Below, piece by piece: positions 48,416-58,687 of a stretch of 64,000 bases of DNA. Under the pieces are notes generated by a model. It was not told the DNA's origin, did not search any database, and was given only the letters and a program-made list of their open reading frames with translations. This DNA is from Acidimicrobiales bacterium (GTDB lineage: Bacteria > Actinomycetota > Acidimicrobiia > Acidimicrobiales > JBBRAZ01), in the NCBI GenBank assembly GCA_038206295.1, contig JBBRAZ010000006.1, positions 48,734-112,733 of the forward strand, in the 5' to 3' direction. Both the position numbers and the translations under genes were made by a program. Numbering within the stretch: position 1 is the stretch's first letter; each line of letters begins with the position of its first letter.

Positions 48416-48616
48416 GTGACTACAGGCACTGTGAAGTTCTTCAACGGCGAAAAGGGCTTCGGCTTCATCTCCCGCGAGGGCGGCGACGACGTGTTCGTCC
48501 ACTACTCCAACATCCAGGGCGAGGGCTACAAGTCGCTCGACGAGGGCCAGCGCGTCGAGTTCGACGTTGCTCCTGGCCGCAAGGGCGAAGAGGCCCAGAA
48601 CGTCCGTGTGATCTGA
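48416..48616 (+). CDS. cspA: Cold-shock protein (CspA family)
   Basis: ORF track 66 aa. [33 protein letters not shown] carries the RNP1/RNP2 motifs. Confidence 0.95.
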   Translation: MTTGTVKFFNGEKGFGFISREGGDDVFVHYSNIQGEGYKSLDEGQRVEFDVAPGRKGEEAQNVRVI

Positions 48617-48640
48617 GACTTCTCAGGCCAGACAGGTAGA

Positions 48641-48675
48641 GACCGCCGGCTTCGGCCGGCGGTCTTCGCCGTTTT
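48641..48675 (+). terminator. Rho-independent terminator of cspA
   Basis: gaccgccggc ttcg gccggcggtc (10-bp stem) is followed by ttcgccgtttt. Confidence 0.7.
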
Positions 48676-48738
48676 CGGGGCCGGTCCCCTGCTGCTCCGC
48701 CTCGAGGCACCGCCCTCGCGGAGCGTCGCCCCTAGTCG

Positions 48739-48810
48739 TGGGCCCGGCAGGGATCGAACCTGCGACGAAGGGATTATGAGTCCCCTGCTCTGCCACTGAG
48801 CTACGGGCCC
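48739..48810 (-). tRNA. tRNA-Met (anticodon CAT; elongator-type, Ile2-lysidine type not excluded)
   Basis: The rc reads GGGCCCG TA GCTC AGTGGCA GAGC A GGGGA CTCATAA TCCCT TCGTC GCAGG TTCGATC CCTGC CGGGCCC A. The G1-C72 pair and the A31-T39 pair argue against an initiator. CCA is not encoded. Confidence 0.85.
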
Positions 48811-48892
48811 GCTCGGGTGCGGACCCTACCGGGCGCGGTCGCCGGCGGGGTCCGGGCGCGCAACGGGCGCCGCGACTGCGGCGCCCGTCAGG

Positions 48893-48968
48893 TGGCTCCG
48901 GGGGTGGGACTCGAACCCACAACCTTGGGATTAACAATCCCCTGCTCCGCCGGTTGAGCTACCCCGGA
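48893..48968 (-). tRNA. tRNA-Asn (anticodon GTT), CCA encoded
   Basis: The rc reads TCCGGGG TA GCTC AACCGGCG GAGC A GGGGA TTGTTAA TCCCA AGGTT GTGGG TTCGAGT CCCAC CCCCGGA G CCA. Confidence 0.9.
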
Positions 48969-49219
48969 AGGTCGCCGCAGGATAGCAGCGCCCGCACGAG
49001 CCCCATCACGGCCCGATGCGTACGCGAGCAGCTGTAGCGAACGGTGAAGCAGCCGTGCTCGTGCTTGTTGTGGCGGATGCCGACGTCGGGGACCGCGCGA
49101 TAGGGCTTGGTGAACTACGAAGCCGGGATGCCGGTGATCGCAGTCCAGTGCCTCACCGCTCGCTCCAGGTCCAGCGCTCGTGCCCGCTCCTGCTCGTCGA
49201 CCTTGCCTCGATATCCCAT
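48959..49219 (-). pseudogene. Coding-looking ORF interrupted by an in-frame TAG; its 3' end overlaps tRNA-Asn
   Basis: Own translation of the rc from ATG 49219-49217: MGYRGKVDEQERARALDLERAVRHWTAITGIPAS * FTKPYRAVPDVGIRHNKHEHGCFTVRYSCSRTHRAVMGLVRALLSCGDLPG *. The TAG is at 49117-49115. Both halves fall below the ORF-track length cutoff. Confidence 0.4.
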
Positions 49220-49331
49220 GGGTGCAGCATGCACAGGGGGTGTGACAACGAAGTGTTGTGGTCGCTCGACCACGCAGCGCGTCGGCTCCCCCATCCCCCA
49301 CCGATCCGACGTCTGCGACTACAACGGCCCC

Positions 49332-49604
49332 ATGGGCTTCAAGGCTGGTCTCGTGGTGGGGTTGGGCGTCGGCTACTGGTTCGGTGCCAAGGCGGGCGAG
49401 GAGCGCTACGTGCAGCTCGAGGCGATGGCCGACCGCCTCCGCGAGAGCCAGGCCTACCAATCAGCCCGGGACAAGGCTCGCGACCGGGCTGGCGCCGCGG
49501 TGACCGACGGCGTGGCGCGCGCCAAGAGCCTGCTGGGCGACGCGACCGACGACATCGATCTCACCCTCGAGGCACCCCTGTTCGACCAGGACCGCGAGAG
49601 GTGA
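49332..49604 (+). CDS. Small membrane-anchored protein (YtxH-like pattern)
   Basis: ATG at 49332, in frame with ORF 49107..49604: MGFKAGLVVGLGVGYWFGAKAGEERYVQLEAMADRLRESQAYQSARDKARDRAG.... Confidence 0.65.
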   Translation: MGFKAGLVVGLGVGYWFGAKAGEERYVQLEAMADRLRESQAYQSARDKARDRAGAAVTDGVARAKSLLGDATDDIDLTLEAPLFDQDRER

Positions 49605-49638
49605 GCCTGGGCGGTCCCGCCACCGCCCAGGCTCAGGC

Positions 49639-50883
49639 CTACTCCTCGAGGTAGTCCCGCAGCTTCTTGCTGCGGTGGGGGTGGCGCAGCTTCGCGAGCG
49701 TCTTCGACTCGATCTGCCGGATGCGCTCGCGCGTCACGCCGAACTCCCTCCCCACCTCCTCGAGGGTGCGTGGCTGACCGTCGTCGAGCCCGAACCGCAG
49801 CCGCACGACCTGCTTCTCGCGGTCGTTGAGCTCGTCGAGCGCCTCCAGGATCGCCTCGCCGAGCATCTTGCGCGCGGCGACGTCCGCGGGGGCGAGCGCC
49901 GCCTCGTCCTTGATGAAGTCGCCGAGCGACGAGTCGTCCTCCTCGCCGACGGGCGAGTCGAGCGAGAGCGGGTCCTGGCTGATGCGCAGGATCTCTCGCA
50001 CCCGCGCCTCGGTCATGTCGACCTTGTCGGCGAGCTCCTCGATGGTGGGCTCGCGCTCGAGCTCTTGGGCCATCTGGCGCTGCACCCGATGCACCTTGTT
50101 CATGGACTCGACCATGTGCACCGGGATGCGGATCGTGCGTGCCTGATCCGCGATGGAGCGGGTGATCGACTGGCGGATCCACCACGTCGCGTAGGTCGAG
50201 AACTTGAAGCCCTTGGCGTGGTCGAACTTCTCCACCGCGCGCATCAGCCCGAGGTTGCCCTCCTGGATCAGGTCCAGCAGCAGCATCCCGCGGTTGCTGT
50301 AGCGCTTGGCGATGGACACCACGAGCCGCAGGTTGGCCTGCGTCAGCTCGCTCTTGGCCAGCTCGCCGTCGTCCTCGGCCTCCTTGAGCGCCTCGAGCTC
50401 GACGACCGTGAGGCGCTCGCCCACCGCTGCTGCCTCCGCCAGGCGCACCGACGCGGCCACCCCGGCCTCGATGCGCTTGGCGAGGGCGACCTCCTGGGGA
50501 CCGGTGAGCAGCGCCACACGGCCGATCTCCCGCAGGTACATGCGCACCGGATCAGCCGAGCCTGCGGACTCCCCCGACGGACGCGGCGCACGCTTCGCTG
50601 GGGCGCGCTTCGCCGGGGGCGCCGGCGCGGCGGCGACCTCGGCGAGGGCCTGGGCGACGTCCTCGTCATCGACGTCGACGTCCTCGTCGAGGATGATGTC
50701 GCGCTCAGCGAGGAAGGTGCGCACAGAGAGGATGACCTCTGCGGTGAGCTCGACGGTGGCCAGCAGCTTGAGGACCTCGTCGAGCGACAGGGTGCCGGCC
50801 TTGCGGCCGCGCACGATCAGGCGGTGCAGGTCTGCTTCGTCCACCCCCGCGAACGGTGATGCGAGCGCCGGGCTGTCGGTCAT
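49639..50883 (-). CDS. rpoD: Principal RNA polymerase sigma factor (group 1, RpoD/SigA/HrdB-type)
   Basis: ORF 49639..51252, ATG at 50883 ([11 protein letters not shown]...). Region 1.2 is [17 protein letters not shown]. Region 2 is [55 protein letters not shown]. Region 4 is [30 protein letters not shown]. Confidence 0.95.
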   Translation of the reverse strand: MTDSPALASPFAGVDEADLHRLIVRGRKAGTLSLDEVLKLLATVELTAEVILSVRTFLAERDIILDEDVDVDDEDVAQALAEVAAAPAPPAKRAPAKRAPRPSGESAGSADPVRMYLREIGRVALLTGPQEVALAKRIEAGVAASVRLAEAAAVGERLTVVELEALKEAEDDGELAKSELTQANLRLVVSIAKRYSNRGMLLLDLIQEGNLGLMRAVEKFDHAKGFKFSTYATWWIRQSITRSIADQARTIRIPVHMVESMNKVHRVQRQMAQELEREPTIEELADKVDMTEARVREILRISQDPLSLDSPVGEEDDSSLGDFIKDEAALAPADVAARKMLGEAILEALDELNDREKQVVRLRFGLDDGQPRTLEEVGREFGVTRERIRQIESKTLAKLRHPHRSKKLRDYLEE

Positions 50884-52670
50884 CGCTCCTCGTCCCCCTG
50901 GACGAGCAAACCTAGCAACCGGTCGAGCACCTCGGCGGGCTCGTGGTGGTCGCGCAGCTCCTCGAGCCCCAGCTTGATCGCGGCGATCGTCGAGGCCAGC
51001 GCCAGCGCCTCGTCGTCGCCGACGCGCGCCCGCCGCTCGAGGTCCACCAGGGTGCGCGCCCCGGCCTGCTGGACGAGGCGGGCGACGACGTCGAGCGCCT
51101 CCGCATCGGTCTCCTCCGCGGCGAGGCGCGCCAGCAGATCCGCGGCGGCTGGATCGGCGGCAGCGATCGCCTCGTGCAGCGTCATCGAGCCGGCGAGCGC
51201 ACGGAACGCGGCGAGGCATCGCAGGTCGTCGAACAGCGATGGCTCGAGCCACGCCGCCACCTCCTCGGGGCGGTGGATGGCGAGGCGCAGCGCCTCGAGC
51301 TCGGGGCTCTCGCGCACCCGGGCCATCGGCGCCCGCGACTGGCTCTGGTACTGATCGTGCTTGCCGCGACCCTTCGCTGGGGGCTCCGTGCGCCGCGCCG
51401 GGCCGGCCAGCGCGGTCCGCAGACGTTCGGGGTCGACCTTGCAGCGATCAGCGATCTCGATCACGTACTGGTCGCGCACCAGCGGGCTCGGGTGCTCGCG
51501 CACGACGTCGATGGCGGCCTCAGCTGCGCGCACGCGGCGCTCGGGCGAGGCGAGGTCCGCCGCGCCCAGCACCCGCCCGACGCGGAAGCCGAGGAACGAC
51601 GTGGCGCCCTGCACCGCGGCGGCCAGCGCGTCCGGATCGGTGCGGGCCAGGTCGCCCGGATCGACGCCGTCGGGAAGCGCGGCGACGGCGATCTCGAGGT
51701 CGTGCTTGCGCTCCCACTCGTAGACGCGCTCCGCGGCGGACTGGCCGGCGCTGTCGGCGTCGAAGGCGAGCACGATGCGGCGGGCGAATCGCCGCAGCGC
51801 GGCGAGGTGCTCCTCGGTGAGCGCCGTGCCGCACGTCGCGACCGCCCGCGGCACGCCTGCGGCGTGGAACCCGATCACGTCGGTGTAGCCCTCGCACACG
51901 ATCGCCTCGTCGGCCTGCACGATGGCCGTCTTGGCCCAGTTCAGCCCGTAGAGCGTGCGGCTCTTGGCGTAGATCGCGCTCTCCGACGAGTTCTTGTACT
52001 TCGGGCCCTCGCCGTCGGGGAGGATGCGACCGCCGAAGGCGACCGGGTTGCCCGCCACATCCATGATCGGGAACAGGACGCGACCTCGGAACGCGTCGGT
52101 CTGGCGATCGTTGCGGTTCAGGAAGCCGAGCCCTGACTGCACCCAGACCTCGTTGGGGAGCCGCAGCGCCTTGGCCAGCGCGTCCCACCCCTCCGGCGCC
52201 CACCCGATGCTGAACTGGCGGACCTCGTCGCCGCTCATGCCCCGCGAGCGGAGGTAGCTGCGCGCCGCGGCCGCGTCGGGCCCCGACAGGAGCCGCTCGT
52301 GGTACCAGGCCGTCGCCTTCGCCATGGCGTCGAGGAGCTTCTGCTTCTTCTTGCGACCCTCGCCCTCGGCCTGATCGGTGTAGCGCAGCGTGATGCCGGT
52401 GCGGCCCGCCAGCCACTCCACGGCACCCACGAAGTCGAGGTGCTCGACCTCTCGCACGAAGGTGATGACGTCGCCCTTCGCGCCGCAGCCGAAGCAGTAG
52501 TAGAGCCCCTGCTCGGCGTTGACGGAGAACGAGCCGGACTTCTCGGCGTGGAAGGGGCACAGCCCCATGTGCCGCCGCCCGACCTTGCGCAGCGCGAGGT
52601 GCTGGCTGACGATCGCGACGATGTCGGAGGCCTCGCGGACCTTCTCGATGTCCTCGTCGACGATGCCCAT
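50880..52670 (-). CDS. dnaG: DNA primase
   Basis: ORF 50880..52973, ATG at 52670. The zinc ribbon is [37 protein letters not shown]. The TOPRIM region is ...[17 protein letters not shown]...[16 protein letters not shown]. The stop overlaps the rpoD ATG (ATGA). Confidence 0.95.
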   Translation of the reverse strand: MGIVDEDIEKVREASDIVAIVSQHLALRKVGRRHMGLCPFHAEKSGSFSVNAEQGLYYCFGCGAKGDVITFVREVEHLDFVGAVEWLAGRTGITLRYTDQAEGEGRKKKQKLLDAMAKATAWYHERLLSGPDAAAARSYLRSRGMSGDEVRQFSIGWAPEGWDALAKALRLPNEVWVQSGLGFLNRNDRQTDAFRGRVLFPIMDVAGNPVAFGGRILPDGEGPKYKNSSESAIYAKSRTLYGLNWAKTAIVQADEAIVCEGYTDVIGFHAAGVPRAVATCGTALTEEHLAALRRFARRIVLAFDADSAGQSAAERVYEWERKHDLEIAVAALPDGVDPGDLARTDPDALAAAVQGATSFLGFRVGRVLGAADLASPERRVRAAEAAIDVVREHPSPLVRDQYVIEIADRCKVDPERLRTALAGPARRTEPPAKGRGKHDQYQSQSRAPMARVRESPELEALRLAIHRPEEVAAWLEPSLFDDLRCLAAFRALAGSMTLHEAIAAADPAAADLLARLAAEETDAEALDVVARLVQQAGARTLVDLERRARVGDDEALALASTIAAIKLGLEELRDHHEPAEVLDRLLGLLVQGDEER

Positions 52671-52731
52671 GTGCGCCAGCGGCCTCCTGGGGCGGACGGT
52701 ACCAGCGCCCCGCAGGCCCGAGTTCGGTGAC

Positions 52732-55386
52732 CTAGCGGCCGGTGTCAGCCTCCGCAGCACCCGGCGCGGCCATCTGCTGCACCGCGTGGGCGGCGGCGAG
52801 ACGAGCGATCGGCACCCGGTACGGCGAGCAGGAGACGTAGTCGCAGCCCACCGCAGCGAGCAGCTCGATGGATGCAGGGTCGCCGCCGTGCTCGCCGCAC
52901 ACCCCGATCTCGAGCTCGGGGTTCCCCGCCTTGCCCCGCTCGATGCCGAGGCGCACCAGCTCCCCGACGCCATCGCGGTCGATGGTCTTGAACGGGTCGG
53001 CGGGCAGGATCCCCTCCTCCAGGTACCGCGGCATGATGCGACCCTCGACGTCGTCGCGGCTGAACCCGAGCGTCATCTGCGTGAGGTCGTTGGTTCCGAA
53101 GCTGAAGAAGTCGGCGTCGAGCGCGATCTCCTCGGCGAGCAGCGCGGCGCGCGGCGTCTCGATCATCGTGCCGACCGAGATCGACAACGCCCGTCCGGAC
53201 TCGACGGCGACCGCTGCGACCTCCTCGAGCACCCAGCCGCGCACGAGGGTGAGCTCGCCGCGCGCCACGACCAGCGGGATCATGATCGCCGGCCGCGGGT
53301 CGCCGCCGGCCTCGAGCCGGTCGACGGTCGCCTCGGCCACCGCGCGGGCCTGCATCCGGTAGAGGCCGTCGCGGATGATGCCGAGGCGCACGCCGCGCGT
53401 GCCCAGCATCGGGTTGTCCTCCCGCCACAGCCGAGCTGCGGCGAACAGGGCCCGCTGCGCATCGTCGACGCCGCCACCGGCCTCGGCGACGAGCACCTCC
53501 TCGATCGACGGCAGGAACTCGTGCAGGGGCGGGTCCAGCAGGCGGATGGTCACGGGAAGCCCGTCCATCGCTTCGAGCAGCGCGACGAAGTCGCTCCGCT
53601 GGAGCTCCGCGAGCTCGGCGAGCGCAGCGGCCTCCGCCTCGTGGCCGTCGGCGAGGATCATCCGCTGCACCACCGGCAGGCGGTCGCCGAGGAACTGGTG
53701 CTCGGTCCGACACAGCCCGATGCCCTCGGCACCGAGCCGCCGGGCGACCGCTGCATCCGCACCGGTGTCGGCGTTGGCGCGCACGCCGAGGTGCCCGGCG
53801 CGGATCTCGTCGGCCCAGCCGAGGACGACGTCGAGCTCGGGTGGCGGGTCGCCGGCGGCGAGCTCGACGCCGCCGCGCACCACCGCTCCCGTCGAGCCGT
53901 CGATCGAGATGATGTCGCCGACGGCCACGTGCACGTCACCGACGTCGAAGCCGTCGGCAGCGACGACCACCGCCTCGGCGCCGACGACCGCTGGCTTGCC
54001 CCAGCCCCGCGCCACCACCGCCGCGTGGCTGACGAGTCCGCCGCGGCTGGTGAGCACACCGACGGCGGCCTCCATGCCTGCGACGTCCTCGGGCGAGGTC
54101 TCCTCGCGCACGAGGATCACGTCGCGGCCCTCGGCGCGCGCTGCGACCGCGTCGACGGCGTTGAGCACCACGGCGCCCACCGCGGCGCCCGGCGAGGCAC
54201 CGAGCCCCGCTGTGAGCTGCTCGGCGTGCGCGGCGGCGAAGCGGGGGTACAGGATCTGCTCGAGGTGCTCGGGGGTGACGCGCGCGACGGCCTCCCCGTG
54301 GCTGAGGGCGAACACCGGGTCAGCCGCGAGCTCCACGGCGATGCGCAGCGCGGCCACACCGGAGCGCTTGCCCACGCGCACCTGGAGGATCCACAGCCGT
54401 CCCGACTCGACCGTGAGCTCGATGTCGAGCATGTCGCGGTAGTGCCGCTCGAGGAGCTCGAAGATCGACAGCAGCTCGGCGTGGACGTCGGGGAAGGTGG
54501 TGGCGAGCGCTGCCAGCGGCTCGGTCGCACGCACGCCGGCGACGACGTCTTCTCCCTGGGCCTGCAGCAGGAAGTCGCCGTAGGGCACGGCCTCGCCCGT
54601 CGCCGGATCGCGCGTGAAGGCGACACCGGTGCCGGATCGGTCGTCTCGGTTGCCGAACACCATCGCCTGCACGTTCACCGCGGTGCCGAGGTCGTGCGGG
54701 ATCCCCTCCCGCGTCCGGTAGTGCACCGCTCGCGACGACGACCACGATCCGAGCACCGCCTCCACCGCGAGGCGCAGCTGCGCCGTCGGGTCCATCGGGA
54801 AGGAGGCACCGCTGCGCTCCTCGACGACCTCGAGGTGAGCGGCGGCAAGGGCACGCAGGCCGGCGACGTCAAGAGCGCTGGCGTCGACGACGCCGGCGGC
54901 GTGGAGCACCGGGCGAGCCGCCGCGGCGAGGTCATCGCCGGCGACGTCGAGCACGACGCGGCCGAACTGCTCCACGAAGCGCCGCCAGGTGTCGGCGGCG
55001 AACCACTCGCCGTGCTGCGCGGCGAGCGTGGCGAGCGCGGCGGGGTGCAGGCCGAGGTTGAGGACCGTGTCCATCATCCCGGGCATCGAGAAGCGGGCAC
55101 CGGAGCGCACCGACAGCAGCAGCGGGTCGGCCGGGTCGCCGAGGCGACGACCGACTGCGCCCTCCAGCGCTGCGAGCGCGTCTGCCAGCTCGGCGTCGAG
55201 CCCTGAAGGCCAGCCCCGGTCCTGCCACGCGCGGCACGCCTCGGTGGTGATGGTGAACCCCGGCGGGACGGGCAGCTGCAACGCCCCGGCCATCTCTGCC
55301 AGGTTCGCTCCCTTGCCGCCGAGCAGCCCCGCGAGCTCCCTCGACGGCCGGCCGTGGTCGTGGTCGAAGGAGTAGACGAAGCGCAC
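52732..55386 (-). CDS. ppdK: Pyruvate, phosphate dikinase
   Basis: ORF track 884 aa. ...LLGGKGANLAEMAGALQLPVPPGFTITTEAC... is followed by the phosphohistidine region GVLTSRGGLVSHAAVVARGWGKPAVVG. The PEP-utilising C-terminal region is ...GLCRTEHQF... FFSFGTNDLTQMT. Confidence 0.95.
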   Translation of the reverse strand: MRFVYSFDHDHGRPSRELAGLLGGKGANLAEMAGALQLPVPPGFTITTEACRAWQDRGWPSGLDAELADALAALEGAVGRRLGDPADPLLLSVRSGARFSMPGMMDTVLNLGLHPAALATLAAQHGEWFAADTWRRFVEQFGRVVLDVAGDDLAAAARPVLHAAGVVDASALDVAGLRALAAAHLEVVEERSGASFPMDPTAQLRLAVEAVLGSWSSSRAVHYRTREGIPHDLGTAVNVQAMVFGNRDDRSGTGVAFTRDPATGEAVPYGDFLLQAQGEDVVAGVRATEPLAALATTFPDVHAELLSIFELLERHYRDMLDIELTVESGRLWILQVRVGKRSGVAALRIAVELAADPVFALSHGEAVARVTPEHLEQILYPRFAAAHAEQLTAGLGASPGAAVGAVVLNAVDAVAARAEGRDVILVREETSPEDVAGMEAAVGVLTSRGGLVSHAAVVARGWGKPAVVGAEAVVVAADGFDVGDVHVAVGDIISIDGSTGAVVRGGVELAAGDPPPELDVVLGWADEIRAGHLGVRANADTGADAAVARRLGAEGIGLCRTEHQFLGDRLPVVQRMILADGHEAEAAALAELAELQRSDFVALLEAMDGLPVTIRLLDPPLHEFLPSIEEVLVAEAGGGVDDAQRALFAAARLWREDNPMLGTRGVRLGIIRDGLYRMQARAVAEATVDRLEAGGDPRPAIMIPLVVARGELTLVRGWVLEEVAAVAVESGRALSISVGTMIETPRAALLAEEIALDADFFSFGTNDLTQMTLGFSRDDVEGRIMPRYLEEGILPADPFKTIDRDGVGELVRLGIERGKAGNPELEIGVCGEHGGDPASIELLAAVGCDYVSCSPYRVPIARLAAAHAVQQMAAPGAAEADTGR

Positions 55387-55447
55387 GCGGGCACCCTATC
55401 GACGGGCGGCCGCCGGGTTCAGGGCCGAAGGACCCCGCTGGCTGCGC

Positions 55448-56767
55448 TCAGCTGAGGAGCGCCCGCAGGTGAGCGGACACCTCGGCGATCGGCACCCGGA
55501 CCTGCTCCATGGTGTCGCGGTCGCGCACGGTGACGGCCTGATCCTCCAACGTGTCGAAGTCGACGGTCACGCAGTACGGCGTGCCGAGCTCGTCCTGGCG
55601 GCGGTAGCGGCGGCCGATGGCCTGCGTCTCGTCGTAGTCGCACATCCACTGCCCGGAGAGCTCCTCGAAGAGCGCCTGCGCGGTGGGCACCAGCTCGGCC
55701 TTCTTCGAGAGCGGGAGCACGGCGACCTTGTAGGGGGCGAGGCGGTGGTGGAGGCGCAGCACGGTGCGCGTCTCGCCGTTGACCTCCTCCTCGTCGTAGG
55801 CGGCGAGCAGGAACGCCATCATCGGGCGCGTCGCGCCAGCCGCCGGTTCGATCACGTGCGGGACGTACCGCTCGTTGGTGGCCTGGTCGAAGAAGTCGAG
55901 CTTCTCGCCGGACGCCGTCGCGTGCTGCGTGAGGTCGTAGTCGCCGCGGTTGGCGATGCCCTCGAGCTCGTCCCATCCCCACGGGAACAGGTACTCCACG
56001 TCGGAGGTGCCGCTCGAGTAGTGGCTGAGCTCGTCGTCGTCGTGCGGACGCAGGCGCAGGCGGTCCTCGGGGATGCCGAGCTCGAGGTACCAGGCGAACC
56101 GCTGCGCGCACCAGTACTCGTACCACTGCTGCGCCTCGTCGGGCGGCACGAAGAACTCCATCTCCATCTGCTCGAACTCGCGCGTGCGGAACACGAAGTT
56201 TCCCGGTGTGATCTCGTTGCGGAACGACTTGCCGATCTGCGCGATGCCGAACGGCGGGCGCTTGCGGCTGGTGTTGAGCACGTTGGCGAAGTTCACGAAC
56301 ATGCCCTGCGCCGTCTCGGGGCGCAGGTAGCACTCGGCGCCGCCGTCGGCCACAGGGCCGGCGTGGGTCTTGAACATGAGGTTGAACTCGCGCGCCTCGG
56401 TGAACGTGCCCGTCTTGCCGCACGCGGGGCAGGTGTCGGGGTCATCCAGCTTGTCGAGGCGGTGGCGGGTGTTGCACTCGCGGCACTCGACGAGCGGATC
56501 GGTGAAGTTGGCCAGGTGCCCGGAGGCCTGCCACACCTGAGGGGGCGAGAGGATCGCGGCGTCGAGGCCGACGACGTCGTGGCGCTGCTGGACCATCGTG
56601 CGCCACCACGCCTCCTTCACGTTGCGCAGCAGCAGCACCCCGATGGGTCCGTAGTCGTAGGTGGACCGGAAGCCGCCGTAGATCTCGACGGAGGGGAACA
56701 CGAAGCCCCGCCGCTTGGTGAGGTTGACCACCTTGTCCATGAGCATCTGGTCGTTGGGCACCGGCAT
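55448..56767 (-). CDS. glyQS: Glycine--tRNA ligase (homodimeric class II type)
   Basis: ORF 55448..56806. ATG at 56767 is preferred, and the start is uncertain by a few codons. ...[37 protein letters not shown]...[25 protein letters not shown].... Confidence 0.95.
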   Translation of the reverse strand: MPVPNDQMLMDKVVNLTKRRGFVFPSVEIYGGFRSTYDYGPIGVLLLRNVKEAWWRTMVQQRHDVVGLDAAILSPPQVWQASGHLANFTDPLVECRECNTRHRLDKLDDPDTCPACGKTGTFTEAREFNLMFKTHAGPVADGGAECYLRPETAQGMFVNFANVLNTSRKRPPFGIAQIGKSFRNEITPGNFVFRTREFEQMEMEFFVPPDEAQQWYEYWCAQRFAWYLELGIPEDRLRLRPHDDDELSHYSSGTSDVEYLFPWGWDELEGIANRGDYDLTQHATASGEKLDFFDQATNERYVPHVIEPAAGATRPMMAFLLAAYDEEEVNGETRTVLRLHHRLAPYKVAVLPLSKKAELVPTAQALFEELSGQWMCDYDETQAIGRRYRRQDELGTPYCVTVDFDTLEDQAVTVRDRDTMEQVRVPIAEVSAHLRALLS

Positions 56768-56849
56768 GGGCGGGAGGCTAGCGGTCGCTGCGCGAGCCCC
56801 CGTCACGGGATCCCTGCGCGGGGCCGGGCCCAGCGAGCAGACTGGGGCC

Positions 56850-57767
56850 GTGACCGCCCCCTACGGTGCCCCAGATCCAACCACCGTCCTCGGCCGCCGC
56901 GTGGTGGCCTACCTCATCGACTGGACGCTGCTGCTCGCGCTGCTGTTCGTGCCGATCTTGTCCAACGCGGTGAGCTTCGACGAACGTCCCTTCGCCGGCT
57001 ACTCCCCGTCGGGCTTCTACTCGATCGAGGAGGCGACCGGCGAGAGCCGGCTCCAGGTCGCGACGGCGTCGGGCATCACGACGTTCGAGGGCGACGACAT
57101 GATCTACGTGGCCGACGACGGCACGGGCTTCATCGTGCGCAGCGCGGACCTCGCCACGGGGTTCCTCCTGTACCTCGGCGTGGCGTTCGTCATGTTCGTC
57201 GTCCTGCAGGGCCTCACCGGCGCCACCTTGGGCAAGCTCCTCGTCGGCGTCCGGGTCGTGAACGCCGAGGGCAGGCCTCCTGGCCTCGGCCGCGCCTTCC
57301 TTCGCTCGATCCTGTGGGTCGTCGACGGCGCCTTCTGCGGGCCGCTCATCGGCTTCATCGCCGCCAGCGCATCGAAGGGTCACCGCCGCGTCGGCGACAT
57401 GGCGGCGAAGACCTTCGTGGTGCGCACCTCCGACACCGGTCAGCCGATCGCGATCCCGGGCCTCACCACACCGGTGGTCCCCGCCGGTGGCTGGGCGGCG
57501 CCACCGAGCGCGTACGCCCCGACGTCCGCCCCCCTCGCTCCGCCGCCCGCAGCAGCACCTCGCGGCGCCGACCTCGAAGGCGTCGGATTCGCTGCCGCGA
57601 CCGGCGCGGCGCCTGCCGCCCCTGCACCTGCCGCCAGCAGCGGCGGAGGCGACCCGACCCAGCCGACGTGGGACCCGCAGCGCAACGCCTACATCGCGTG
57701 GGACGCCGACGAGCAGACGTGGAAGCAGTTCGACGACGCCACCCAGGCGTGGTCCCCGATCACCTGA
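56850..57767 (+). CDS. RDD-family membrane protein with Pro/Ala-rich linker and Trp-rich C-terminal motif
   Basis: ORF 56715..57767. I use the GTG at 56850 because earlier starts would overlap the glyQS start. ...[22 protein letters not shown]..., ...[33 protein letters not shown]...[15 protein letters not shown]. The C-terminus is [33 protein letters not shown]. Confidence 0.75.
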   Translation: MTAPYGAPDPTTVLGRRVVAYLIDWTLLLALLFVPILSNAVSFDERPFAGYSPSGFYSIEEATGESRLQVATASGITTFEGDDMIYVADDGTGFIVRSADLATGFLLYLGVAFVMFVVLQGLTGATLGKLLVGVRVVNAEGRPPGLGRAFLRSILWVVDGAFCGPLIGFIAASASKGHRRVGDMAAKTFVVRTSDTGQPIAIPGLTTPVVPAGGWAAPPSAYAPTSAPLAPPPAAAPRGADLEGVGFAAATGAAPAAPAPAASSGGGDPTQPTWDPQRNAYIAWDADEQTWKQFDDATQAWSPIT

Positions 57768-57795
57768 GCACCCCCGAGGAGCAGCTGTGCAGCCG

Positions 57796-58656
57796 ATGAT
57801 GCCCATCGCAGATCCCACCGCCGTCGTCGGCAAGCGCATCGGCGCCGCCATCGTCGACGTCGTGCTCATGGCGATCGTCAGCACCGTGCTGAGCCTCCTC
57901 TTCCTCAACATCGAGTCCATGCCCTACGACGAGGCGCCTCGCTCGCTGCGCCGCGACTGCGGCGTGTCGGAGAGCACCTACGGCGAGTCGTACGGACCGG
58001 CCAACGACAACGTGGTCGGGACCAGCATGTGCTTCCACGTCGGCGACACGATCTGGTTCGTGGACAGCGGGCCGCAGGGCCTCGTCAACCTGCTGCAGCT
58101 CGTCATCGGCGGAGCGATCTTCTGGTGGTGGCAGGGCACGACGGGCAAGACGCCAGGCAAGGTCGTCTTCGGCATCCGCACCGTCAACGGCGCCGGGCAA
58201 CCACCCGGCATCCTCGCCGCGTTCCTGCGCCAGCTCCTGTGGATCGTCGACCTCGCCCCGTACTGCATCCCCGGTCTCGTCGGCCTCATCACCGCCTCGA
58301 GCTCGAAGGGCCACCGCCGCGTCGGCGACATGGTGGCATCCACCTACGTCATCGACGCCGGCGCCATGGGCGTGCCCGTGCCGGTCGCCGGAAACGTCGC
58401 GGCCGCCACCGGCTGGGCCACTCCGATGCCCGGCGCGCCGATGCCGGGGCAGCCGATGCCCGGCGCCCCGATGGCACCCGCCCCGGGCGCAGCTGCCGCT
58501 CCCCCGCCGGCTGCGGCGCCTTCGGCCACCCCGGCCGCCGACGACCCGTCGCAACCCCGCTGGGATGCGGACCGCAACGCCTACATCGCGTGGGACGCAG
58601 CCGCGCAGCGCTGGCAGCAGTTCGACGAGGGCTCGCAGACCTGGACGCCGATCTGA
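57796..58656 (+). CDS. RDD-family membrane protein, tandem paralogue
   Basis: ORF 57487..58656, ATG at 57796 (GTG 57787 is possible). ...VGKRIGAAIVDVVLMAIVS..., GKVVFGIRTVNGAGQPPGILAAFLRQLLWIVD...[15 protein letters not shown]. The C-terminus is [33 protein letters not shown]. Confidence 0.75.
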   Translation: MMPIADPTAVVGKRIGAAIVDVVLMAIVSTVLSLLFLNIESMPYDEAPRSLRRDCGVSESTYGESYGPANDNVVGTSMCFHVGDTIWFVDSGPQGLVNLLQLVIGGAIFWWWQGTTGKTPGKVVFGIRTVNGAGQPPGILAAFLRQLLWIVDLAPYCIPGLVGLITASSSKGHRRVGDMVASTYVIDAGAMGVPVPVAGNVAAATGWATPMPGAPMPGQPMPGAPMAPAPGAAAAPPPAAAPSATPAADDPSQPRWDADRNAYIAWDAAAQRWQQFDEGSQTWTPI

Positions 58657-58687
58657 TCGACCGCCGCGTTCGCCCGGCGGCGACCGA

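Noticed and set aside
56768-56849. A T-box or other riboswitch leader upstream of glyQS.
   Set aside because: The whole intergenic region is only ~80 nt and is shared with a divergent gene. That is too short for a T-box, and no specifier or T-box sequence is visible.
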